From Raillietiella orientalis (lineage: Eukaryota): 64,000 nt of DNA. The stretch is taken from positions 3,410,001-3,474,000 of the forward strand of contig JAYWIR010000006.1 of assembly GCA_036172245.1 (NCBI GenBank). The letters run 5' to 3'. Below are positions 1 through 10,700 of this stretch, piece after piece. The number at the start of each line of letters is the position of its first letter. The stretch's first letter is position 1. The notes below the pieces were generated by a model. The model did no database searches. It saw only the letters and a program-made list of their open reading frames with translations, and was not told the origin of the DNA. The translations under genes were made by a program, and so were the position numbers.

Positions 1-13
1 TGCAGTTTAATAT

Positions 14-38
14 ACGTATACATATATATATATATATA
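14..38. repeat. (TA)n microsatellite
   Basis: Imperfect then perfect TA dinucleotide run at the window start. Confidence 0.85.
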
Positions 39-1540
39 TTTAAACAAATTTGATGTCGTCGTCATGGAAGTCGCTTATTTTTCATTCAAACATGAGTTAC
101 ACGTGGGCACTCTTTTTTTTTTATTTTTTTGACTGTTCAAACACCTTCCCGATTTTGCGGCTTGTTTGCCGAGTGCTCCGAACGGATCGCACGAAGCGCG
201 CAGTCAGTGGGGCGAAAAGAAAAAAAAAGAGGAACACTTTGGAGCATCGTCAGAAAACGCGGGATGCTGGTTTCCACGCCACCGCAGGAATAGGGGGGGG
301 AAGTGCTGAGGCTGGCGTGCGTGGTGGTCTGCAGTCGAAATGTGGCATCCCTGGGAGCCAGACTTGCGCGTGCCCGAGCGGGGAGGGAGAGGGGGGAAAC
401 GCGTCCGCGTCTTCCCAGCGGTCCTCTTTAAACGTGTGAATAAATGGCGCTGTCATCTCTCTGGGATCGTCCGTCAGAATGAGTCAGAGGTGTGGCAGCT
501 CTCGCGTTCGTTCTTCTTCCAGATCGCTGGTCGCAGCAACTTTTCCGTCTTTAGAGGGCGCGAGGCAGGGGAGGTTCGCAATTCGTGCGGTTGATGGAGG
601 CTGCGCAGCGGCAAGGATAGCACCTGACAAACGGGGGCCATGGCAACAACCGGGTTTCTTCGATCGGGATCGCGCCTCTCCGACGCGCGGTGCGTCCTCC
701 TTCGTCCAAGCCGGAGGCGTTCGTCGCTCCGCCGGGAGCTCCGGTAGAAGAATCCTGGATTTTTCCTGCACTCCAGGACTGCAAGTCCCGCCGAGGCGAC
801 CGGGCGTGGCCGAAAGATTTCCCAGACGCTCTCTCTCTTGGAGCCTCTTTGCCCCCCCTCCCCCACTCGCGTCTCGAGGCGCTGTCGGGCATCGGACATA
901 CCCACTGGTAGATACAGCTCCTTCCGCGACAGGAGGAAGGCGCTTTCATAGAGCAAAGGCCACCACCCTATCCGCGTGTAACACGTAGGGGACTCGTATA
1001 ACGCGGAGTGCTGGTATATGCAGGGATCGCCATCTAATTAAATAATTAGGAATCAGCAAACAACGAGGCATTCGTGCTCAAAGTGGCGGGAAGGAATAAC
1101 GGCGAGGAAGGGCGAGCCCTTCCTGCCGGATGCCTTTGTTTCGCGAAAGCATTCCCCACTGCTTTTTAATGAACACCCTGCAACATTTGGTGTCCTGCTC
1201 AAAGATCTGCAATCTTACGATGAAGAGACGGACGCTCGTGAGCAACCAAGGAATTCAAGGGATTGTGTTGTAGGAATTCAATTTATCGTGATGGAGCATC
1301 CAGGCTTTGGGATAAGAAGCTGATCCATGCGAAGTGCTGCAAACCGAGTTTTCAATTATCTTTAAGGAGTTGCAAATTTATTTATTTTTTCACATTTGAA
1401 TTTTCCGTTGCCATGTTACGGAGCATGATGCATGTATTCGGAGCACTTCTAGTATTCATAAAGCAAATTCTGTCTCCAATTTCCTCCGAGAGACGGTGCT
1501 ATAAGCGTCATATTTTGTGCCAGGTGTACTATACATATAC

Positions 1541-1604
1541 AGTACCGCGTTATACGAGGGTCTACCGTATATGTATACGGTAGACCCTCGTATAACGCGG
1601 TACT
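1541..1604. repeat. Perfect 31-bp inverted repeat (hairpin) at a MITE left end
   Basis: agtaccgcgttatacgagggtctaccgtata (1541-1571), a tg spacer, then its exact reverse complement (1574-1604). Confidence 0.95.
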
Positions 1605-2010
1605 CGCGCAGCGCGGGCTCGTATAACGCGACAGAAACATGCCGACCGTCCTCGTATATAACGCGGTAAATCATCTCCGTGCAACGCTGTGGATGAATTT
1701 CAATTTTGTGGCACGACGTCATTTCAGCTGTTTTTTTTTTTCTGCTTCCTCCTGAACACATGAAAATACGAACACATAATTGCAGTGGGTTGAATTGTAT
1801 GTTATTCGAACTCTCATGGAGAAAAGAGCGCAGGAAGATGCATTTTTCAATAAAGAGAGCAACGGAGCACTGTTTTGATTCATTACATAGCAATTGCATA
1901 CCGATGCTTTGAGGTAAACGATAAAATAAGCAATTTTATATCTTTATCCATGTGTAACCGATAGGCCTCGTATAACGCGGATTCGTGTAGCGTGGAAAGT
2001 ATCCCCCGCC
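1578..2010 (+). mobile_element. pogo/Tigger-like non-autonomous DNA element (MITE), right TIR truncated
   Basis: Starts TA|CGGTAGACCCTCGTATAACGCGG. The motif ctcgtataacgcg recurs at ~1618, ~1651 (variant) and ~1967, and once at ~993. It ends in cccgc where the right TIR would begin. Superfamily assignment is from recalled TIR style. Confidence 0.6.
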
Positions 2011-2223
2011 ATTGTATTTAATTACACAATAGTAAATCAATTAATAAAAATTGTGCCGCATAATATACATCCATTATTGTTTTTTTTTACATTTCAGTCA
2101 TGAATTAATTAACATGTAATATATAAGCTGCCCACTATAAAAGAGTGAAAAAAGAACCTCGGTGTCAAAGCAGCTTTTGGACGAGCTGCAGACGTCAGTT
2201 GCTCTTCCCGGTTCGCGCTCAGC

Positions 2224-2780
2224 ATGGAGAAGACTTCCCTGGAAACTGTGGAAGGCACGCGGACACGGGAGGAGCGCTGGCTGCGAACCGGGGTGCAACT
2301 TGCCGTGCCGCTCCGCAGAGGGTCTGGGGTCTCCCTGCCCAAAGAGCAGGCAGGCCGGCTGCCGAAGAATGGAAAAGTTCACGTGGCGAAGAGGGTCGGA
2401 AGCATTCCGGAGGCGCGCGCAGGAGCTGCGTGCTCCAGGGATCTCGGCTCCGCTGTCCCTCGAGCGTGGTCGGCGTCCTTCTGGGTTCCCGGGAAGCAGA
2501 CGGTTAAGTTCTGGATCCGCTCGGATGAAGCAAGCCCGAAGCACAAGAGGCACGTGGGGCACAGTTCAGGAGAGGAGCATCGCTGCGGCTGCCTTTCCAG
2601 GCAAATCGACGACCTCCGCAGGTCGGGAAGGTTCGCGAAGGAACCGTCAGCGGGCGGTGTTCCGGTGTAGCGAGAGAGTTTGGAAGCGTTTCACAGCTCG
2701 GGAGGCCCTCTCTACACGCACCATCATGCCATCGCAGGGGGACGTTGGGTCGAGATGCTCGTCTTCCCACAATCCCGCTT
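2224..2780 (+). pseudogene. Possible highly decayed Tc1-like transposase remnant
   Basis: Colinear weak motifs: SGVSLPKEQAGRLPKNGKVHVAKR (HTH/linker-like), KFWIRSDEAS (first-Asp WSDE-like), HVGHSSGEEHRCGCL (VWRxxGE..pxC-like), and VREGTVSG in another frame. No intact DDE triad or TIR pair was seen. Confidence 0.25.
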
Positions 2781-3290
2781 CTCCCACCTAATGGCAGATG
2801 ATAGAAATTCGATGACGGAATCTGTCATTCTCTAAAGATCCGGAGAAGCGGGACTGTGTGACGAACAGTCGGGTTCGCTTTCAGGGAGGGCGGCAACGCT
2901 ATCAGGCGCATTTTGTTCTCAGTCTTTCGTGGTTTTCAGGGAGCTTCGCCTGGCAACCGCGTCAGCCAAGCGGCAAAGATGGGAGTTCTTCCCTTCTCCG
3001 GGAACGGAGCCGGGCGGATTTCGGTGAGACCGAGGCGGAGAGAGATGCTGGAGGACGGAGGCGTTCCGCGTGGGAAAGGTTCTTGCCCGAGCCTAAGGGG
3101 GAGGCGCGACTTCGATCGCATGAATTTGCTTTATGAATGAGCGCGATGTTTTGGGGTGGAAGCGGCGGCAGCTCTGACGACAGCGCCAGGAAGAAGGGAA
3201 TCGTCCCCTCCGTCATGCAAGGCACACAGCAAACAAGAGGAGGAGGGAGAGACAGGGGGAAGGGGGGAGGAAGGCAGCAGCAACACCTAC

Positions 3291-3451
3291 TTGTCTCCTT
3301 CCTTGCTCGTGTTTGCTTCAAGGCCATTCGATTTCAACGATTTGAAAGCTTTCAGCCACTTCGACCTTGTTCTTTTGGGATTGTTTGCAGAGATCTTCCT
3401 CTCTTTGAAATTGTCAACTCCGCCGGTGGTCGTGTTCAGGAACAAATCTCT
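3291..3451 (-). CDS. Stacl: Stac-like F-BAR protein, 4th exon in window (RDLFLNTTTGGVDNFKERKISANNPKRTRSKWLKAFKSLKSNGLEANTSKEGD)
   Basis: Acceptor ctttgtttcag, donor gtaggt, 161 nt, phase 0 to 2. It continues in frame from the 16071-16182 exon. The ERK.S...KWLKAFKSLK motif is recalled from insect Stac-like proteins upstream of the C1 domain. Confidence 0.85.
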
Positions 3452-4921
3452 CTGAAACAAAGAGGGCCTCTTTAGAGGATCACACTTCTGAAAAGCCGCA
3501 GATCGCGCGACTTTCGCATCGCCTTCAGCCAGTGGTGCCGCCGTGCTCGAGGCCGAGTGTATTCGAGGCACTGTTTTCCTTATACTGTTCTTGGTGTCGC
3601 CCTCCTTGCCTCCGCCGCCACGACCACCCCCACGCACCACATCACCCTCACACAAGCAAACTTCGAAGCCGACAACCAGCTTTAAGAGTGGACTCTTCTC
3701 ATCCACAATAGAATCTTTAGCTTGAAAAGCGAAATGGCTTCCCCGTGTCGAGGCACTGTTGCCACTATGTGGATGAGAAGTGCCTATTCTTGGTGCCCCC
3801 CTCCTCCTCTTCGCCGCCGCCACCACGACCACCACCACCTCGAAGAGCGAACTGGCACGGTGGCCTCCCGCATTCCGTTAGACGGCCGGAACCCGGAGGC
3901 GGAAAGGAACGAAGACGAAAGAGTCTTCGTCGAGAAGAATCGAAAGGTCTTGGTGCGGCGCGGGGAAACCGGTCGCGTGGGCGGGTTGTCTTCAGTGCTC
4001 CCGTCCGTCTCGTTCGCTGGACTCTCTCCAAGATGGAACTGCAGGCAGGCAGCGCTTCCTCCGGACTATTAGGGATTCGCGGGCGCCTCGAAAGTTTCCT
4101 TCCTGCAGCTTCCCCGAAAAGAGTTCCGGCAGCCGGAGCACGAGCACGTGCTTCATCTCCTCTTACGCACGGATGGCGTGTTGTGGCATGCCGTTTGCGA
4201 AAGAAAGATACGTTGTGAGGAGGCCAGCTGGAATCAGCAACGGCGGCTGGGTTGTCTCAGGACCTCGGATCGCGGTGGCAGGCGAAGCGATTTCATCTCT
4301 TTTACACGGAAGGGGGATTTCGATCACGAAGCGTTCGCGCGGAGCGCGCTTCCGTTGCCGGGACTCCCGAAGGTGCCTCGCACGCATCAACGGGGTGGTT
4401 TCGCAGGTTTCGATTGGTGACGCCCCCAGGAAAAATTCGAGCGCAACGTCCCGCCAGCATGAAGATGGCTTCCTGTTGCTGCGTTGCGACGCTGGCTGAC
4501 GACCGCGGGGGCATCGCTCCTTCGACACCCTGCGTTTCGAGTGGCGGACGTGCTTCTGGGGGACGATGACGGCGTCGACTTTTCGGATCCGGAGGGTTTC
4601 GCGCGGCAGGGATAGGGCGAGGAAATACCGGGACGACGGCCGCCGGAGCGGAGTTTGCTCAGACTGGGCCGCCAGGGGTTCCCTGTTCCTGCAGGGTCCG
4701 GGCGGGCAGGGAAGCAGGGGACTGCGAGGCGGACGCGGTCAGCAAAGGCGCGCATGCGAATTCCGGGACTCTCACGACGCAACGGCGGCTGCTCCTCCCC
4801 GCCTTTGCCACTCCTTCAGGATCGGTAGGGGGCAAAGAAACGTCAGGAAGATGCCAGGATTTCCATATACCAGCGCTCTTCCTTGGACGCCCCACGATCT
4901 CTGAAAATCCCAAGGGAAACG

Positions 4922-5410
4922 GTCCGCGTCGGCGGGCCTCCGAGCGTCGCGGATTTGAATCCCGCCCGGGGGAGGATCGATGCCAGAGAGATGGGGGGCG
5001 CGTCGTGGGTTTTATGTCCTCCCTCTCAGGATGACACTGGTTGGCTTGTAGGCGTCGGGTGTGGCACTGCTAAAAGCAGCCAGTTGACCAGCTGAAATTG
5101 GAAGTTGACTTTCCGAGGTCCCTCCAGGAATCAAGGAACCCTTCGGGCTTCCCTTCCGTTTGCGAAAATGGGGCCGCCCTCCCCCATCGTGCGGGGAACC
5201 CCCCTCCATCACATGCCACGGAGCTAGTGGATCTCTGCATAGTGGCCAAGAAGCGTGCTTCTCCCTTCGGGAAGCGCCCTTCAGGGAAAATTTGGAGGCG
5301 TCCCTCCTGGTTCCTTCCGGAGAAGAAACGAGTGGCTCCCACGAACCAGGAGTGGTCCCTCTGGCACTCCAAGTCCCTGACAGGGCAAATTGGGGGGTTC
5401 CTTGAGATTC
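4922..5410 (+). mobile_element. tRNA-headed SINE copy 1 (3'-truncated, diverged)
   Basis: Family 5' end gtccgcgtcgg, B-box-like gatttgaatccc, core ggatgacactggttggc..gtggcactg, and tccgtttgcgaaaatgggg, all shared with other copies. Confidence 0.75.
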
Positions 5411-5559
5411 CTGACGAATCTGTCGACCTCTCGGCCGTGTTCGGTCCGGGCTGCTGGCAGCTTCGATCTGAAGGCTTCTGCATAGCTACTGAGGCTTCGA
5501 GGGTGTTGGGGCTCAGGCTATGCGGCCTGGGTGATCGGAGCGTCCCCCCCCCACCCGGG

Positions 5560-6344
5560 AAGCTGTTGCTACGTAACGGAGTGATCCCCGTTTGCAACAA
5601 TCATGGTGATAGAAATCCTTTGGGTTCTTCCTTGTCGATCTTCGCTGTTTTCCTTGCAGGTTTTTTTTTTTTCGGTTTTTCTTTTGGTCCGTTGAGTAAG
5701 AACCGTCACGCCCCTGGCGGCAGCTCATGCAGCTTTTTAACGCTGTTCCACGCCATCCGAGGGTGCGTGTCATCCTTCAAGATAAGGGGTACCCTGGGAG
5801 GGGACCGCCCTACGAATCCAGGAAGGGCTCTGAGTCCATCCCTCGCATGCCTGAGGAGGGATCGCCGAAGGGGAACTTCCCCAGACGTGAGAGGAGCGGA
5901 CTTCGTGCCCTTCCTGGACCGAGTCTGCTTCCAAAGTTCAGAAGGGCTCTCCCCGAAGGGAGAGGCACTCCTCTTCGCACTCTCTGGAGAGTGGGCGACA
6001 CACCTACTCCATCAGTACGACGCGGAGGGTCCCCCACTGAAGGGGTTCCCCACAGATGGCTCCTTTGCACAACCGGAGGGGAACTACCGACTCCGTGATT
6101 CCTGGAAGGACCTGGAGATCGACTCCCATTGTTCCTGCCCTCGTCGGTGGCATCCATTTTGGACCTCTACCAGTGCCGCACCCGAATTAACGTAGGTCAA
6201 CCAGCGTCATCTCGCGGGAGGAACTCGAACCCACAACGCACCCATTTTTTCGGCGTCGATTCTTCCTGGGTGGGATTCGAATCCTCGACGCTTGGTACGG
6301 AGATGCAAGGAGACCACCGTAACCACGTCGCCTCCGACGCGGGC
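5560..6344 (-). mobile_element. tRNA-headed SINE copy 2 (near full length)
   Basis: Minus-strand head gcccgcgtcggaggcgacgtggtt...ggattcgaatcccaccc, shared core and 3' block, A-rich tract at ~5661-5685. Confidence 0.85.
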
Positions 6345-6779
6345 AACAGGAAGCGCTGGATTTTCTCAGCAACCATGCAAGAACCAGTTCAAGGAATGCG
6401 CTCGGGAGGCAGCCATGAAACGCTGTTGGCTCTGACCTTCGAGACACTCAAAGACCACCCCATCCCGCCCCTTCCGTGGTGCTCGCAGAGGACATCGTCA
6501 GGTCGTCCGTCCTTTCTTTGATACTTGCTGGAAAGCGAAGCGGAGCACTCCATTGGCTCCGAACCTTCCTCTCCCGGACCTCTGGATGGCCGGTCGGATG
6601 CGGAAGAAGGAGGAACGGGGGATCGTCGGACGGGCGGCAGAACTCGGGCGTCACCGGAAGGAACCGGGCGGAGCGCGGGGGAAGACCACGAGGCGCAGCA
6701 GAGCAGCAGCGCGGGCAGGGGTGAAGAAGGAGGAGAGCGGGTTGGAGGGCACAGCAATGTCCTGTCCCAGTGCTGACTT

Positions 6780-6896
6780 CGTTCCAAAAGTCGAGAGCAC
6801 CGAAGACACCACAGTCATTCAAAAGATAAAGAACGCCGTTATCGTAGTCGTTCAAGAGACAGCAAGCGGAAAGAGGAAAAGAAAGAGAAGCCCGAG
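6780..6896 (+). pseudogene. Short RS/charged-domain coding-like fragment
   Basis: Translates to RSKSREHRRHHSHSKDKERRYRSRSRDSKRKEEKKEKPE, bounded by stops. It is more A-rich than the flanks. Confidence 0.35.
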
Positions 6897-7289
6897 TGCT
6901 GAGGTCTTCGTTAGGGTACCATCGTCCTGGTGTGGACGCCCTGGAGCCCGCAAACAGGCCCCCGGAGCGGTTTTCCGTTCGGGATGAGCAAAAGGGGCTC
7001 AGCCCATCGACCGCTGCCGCATCCGGAGAGGGGAATTCGCGGCTCTTCGGACGAGGAGCTTCTTCCTGGAATTCTCTTCCGCCCCGGAGGAGGAGGCTCT
7101 GCTGCTTCCCCGTATCGGTCCTCTGCCGTCCTCCTCGTGCAGCTCTCCCCGGCAGAACGAGATAGGGTGGCGGGTCACCGTTGGCACGGTTTCTTGCCCG
7201 GGGAGCTCTTCAGCGGGGCGGCTTCTCCCATTCGGGCAACGTCCGCCTTCCGCCTTCCCACGCATGGATTCCAGGGGCTCCCTCCTTCC

Positions 7290-7770
7290 TTCTAGCTTCT
7301 ACGTTTCCTCTTCTTTGGTTCTCAAAGTGCTGAAGAACCTTTCGGGTCCTTGGGGAAGGAGGGAGAGGGCGAATCACGAAGCTCTCTGGCACCACCCACG
7401 CCTCCCGAGGATGCGTGCTGACTCTTCGAGTTATGAGGTGACCCCGGAAGGGGACCCACCTATGGATCCAGGAAGGGCTCCGGAGGGAGAAGTCCGTTTC
7501 TCTCACGAACTCTTCTGGGAGAAGACCCTCCCCTGGAGGGAATCATTTCTTCCTTATCCTTAACGGAGGATGCCTCCGGAGGGGGCAGACCCCAGATTTT
7601 TTCTGCTGAGGAAACACTCGAAGGACGCTTCCCATCTTCTCTGGAGGGCGTTCCCAGAAGTCCCTCCAGAGGCGCCCCATCCTTGCACTCTGAAGAGTCA
7701 GCCCCCCGAGGGGGCTGTGGACCAAGTCCATGGCATAGCTCCATTTTCGGAGGGGACCCGGAAACCAGGT
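7290..7770 (-). mobile_element. SINE copy 3 (head missing)
   Basis: Contains the family 3' block aagtgctgaagaacc...actcttcgagtt...tatggatccaggaagggctccggaggg and gaaggacgcttccc. Confidence 0.75.
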
Positions 7771-10700
7771 GCACGCGCCCATGTGTGTGCCCATGTGACG
7801 ACATCCAGAGAGAGAACAACGCTTCGGGACGGGTTTCCCAGAGCGGGAAAAATATTCCCGAGTCCGCTTGGCAGTCGGCTTGGGGGAGCGTCCGGCATCG
7901 ACTCCGCCATCTGGAAAGTTCCACTTCCGCATTCTCACTGCAGACGTCTGCGTTCCTCTGCATCCGCACACGACTCGCATTGGAGATTCCCGGTCCGTTC
8001 GTGTGTTCCCTTGATGTCGCCAGACAGCTCTCGACTCCTCCTTTGCCACTCCCAAGGAGGCGGGGGGACTTTGCCAAAGGATGGCTCCCTTTAGCTCCGT
8101 GGTCCGCTCCCCTCGCTCTGCTGCCGTCGCTCTCCTGGGACCCCTGGAATCGACTCGGCGCTTGGGAGATCCGCGCGTGTCTCCGGAAGCGGCACAGGTC
8201 CTCGGTGCGTCGTCAAGGTTACCGTACCTGCTGCTCCCATGTGCACGACGATTCTTCCCCTCCCCTGTTTCCTCCATAATCCCGTTTAGCAGGTTCCCCG
8301 AAGACCTCCAGCCGGAAGAGCGCCCGCTCACAGCGGGCACCCTCGGGCAGTTTCTTTTCTGGATACCGAAAGCGGCAAGCAATCGTCCGCCACTTCAAGT
8401 GGGGGAGCGAATCCCAGCAAATCCTCGCAGCGGGCACTGCATCCCTGCATACGGGTGCCGCTCGCGAGCACCTCCGGGAGCGCGAAAACTCCTTACTTCC
8501 GGGCAAGCTGGGGGCGCTTACTTGAAGGGAAGGCGAGACCAGCTTGCAAGGATCAGTTACCTGCCTGTTAGGAAGGGAACTCCACCGATGACGTAAGAGG
8601 GGGGGGAAACGCATGCCAAGGGAGGCCGCCGTGGTCGTAGCACTCGACGGCAACAGGGCGGTCTGCCGCAACGCATTTCTTCGCCAGGGCCCGTTCGCAA
8701 GCACACAGGGGCTCGAAGGGCCCACGGCGCCCTGCCCCACTCGTTCCTTCCTTGCTCCTCCGACGGCGAACTCCCGAAGACGTGGGTCTCGGCAGTGCGT
8801 TGGAAGGACAGGTCTTCCTGCAGCGGCTTGGGGGTCTAAGTCCGGATTTGTCACTCTTGGAAGGGATAAAAAAAACGGGAATTTCCGACGTTTTTTTTTT
8901 GTCTTAGGAAAAAAAAGGGAACGAAACGGACTTTTGCGGCTTTCAGTGTCAACCCTAGATGAGCGCCAGTGAAGGAGGAAGGAAAGAAGAAGAAGAACGC
9001 GCCTTCGTCCTCAGATGACCGGCGGACCAAGTTTACCCACGAGGAGTCCGTCCGCTTGCCGTTTGAGGGGAACCAACGGCAAGTGGACTTATCTTCACTG
9101 GAGGACGTTCCCAGAATGCCTCCACGCCCTCTGCCCTCACGCTCCCACCAGCTCCCCAGACTTAGCCGCGGGGCCGGCAAGCGGGTGGACCTTGGGACTC
9201 CGGTAACATTCGGCTGCAACGGGCGGGGATACGACTGCCCCCTCACCCCGCCGCCAAGCCTTCTAAGGTTACGTGTGCGTGCGAGGCACCCCAGATTCCA
9301 AGGACGAGGACAAGGACGAGGACAGAACGGTGGACCTCCGCGGGAGAGGGGACTCCGCCCATGGACGCTGAGGGAACCCGGAAGTCACGCTCATCCGCCG
9401 CACCCAGCAGGGACCCGCTGTATCCGGGGGGAGGCTTCCGCAAGGGGAAGGAGCGAACTGGGATGGAGTGGGCCCACGGACAGCTCGTGCCTTCCTCCTG
9501 CTGGATAGGGCGAAGTCAAGGAGGCAGGAGAGGCATGCTGCCCCGGCAGCGGCGGCGGTGACGCTCCGGGGGCAAGGAACCTTCCCTGCCTCGAAGGGAT
9601 TCCAGGGATTAGGGAGAAAGGGAAAGCTGGGACGGCCTACCATGTGATTCCTGAAGGAGTACCAGCCCATCTTCATCATCTGTCCGCTTCCCGCTGCTCT
9701 CCTCGCCGGGAGTCGACCGCGAGCCGGGGACTCACGCGAAGAGCAATCCCCGCGGCACACCCGGGGCTGTCCTCGAAGCGCACCTCTCGTCAGCGCGCGG
9801 TGAACTCCCTCCAGTCACTCCTCCCGTGTCATGCCAACTGCACGCGACGTGCGTCCTCGGGGACGGGAGCCGCTGCGAGCGTGCGTGGAGCCATGCGCCG
9901 AGGAGGGACAGCCACCCGACTCCTCCGGGAGCAGGCGTGGCGCGAGCCGGGAGCTGGCAGCGCACGGGGGGGAGGAAGGATGAGGATGAGGAAGAGGGGC
10001 GAGGTGGGGGGAGGAAGGAAGTGGAACGGCAGCGACAAGGGGGGCAGATCTCGCGCCACGTCGCCGCTTGCGGTTTATCGATCCCATCGGCTGAGCCGAC
10101 TCCCAAGTTCCCGGACGGGCGGCGCGCCGGCACACGCGCCGCCGACGGGACGGGACGAACCAGCAAGAAACGGGAAGAGAAGCACCGGGTTCGCGGCGTC
10201 GCGATGCGATCCGTCGTCCTAGGGCTCGGGGGAAAGCGCAGAGACCGACAACACAGGGGGCTGCTTATATCGCGCCTCTTGAGAGGGGGAAGGCTGTTCC
10301 ACGGAGACGGCTCCCCCCTCTGTCCATCCGCGACCACACTTCTCGCTTTTCTTTGCATGCTCGCGCCGAGGGCACGGGCTGCAGGTTCGAATCCCTGCAG
10401 GCGCACCTTTCCAGCAGAGTCCGTGTCTCAGCCAGGCACACTTTCCACGGAGAGGGAGCTGAGCAGGCGGAGGAGACGGTCGATGCCGGGTGCCCTGCAA
10501 GAGCCGGGGAGCCCGGGTGCGAAGGAAGGAACGCGACCTTGATGCGGAAAGACCACGGCACATTGCCGTCCAGAGTCCAGCACAGAGCCGCGAACATCTG
10601 CCGGGCGCATGCTGCGTACGACCGAGTCGCCGCCGGAGCCGCGACGGGCCTCTTCACCCTTCTTCGTACGCCCCGCGCGGCGACAGCGCCGGGGAGCGCG

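Noticed and set aside
5098..6195. 365-aa ORF
   Set aside because: It runs across two oppositely oriented SINE copies and has no recognisable domain.
10372..10402. tRNA gene (ggttcgaatccc in a hairpin)
   Set aside because: Isolated T-arm/B-box only. No cloverleaf and no SINE body follows.
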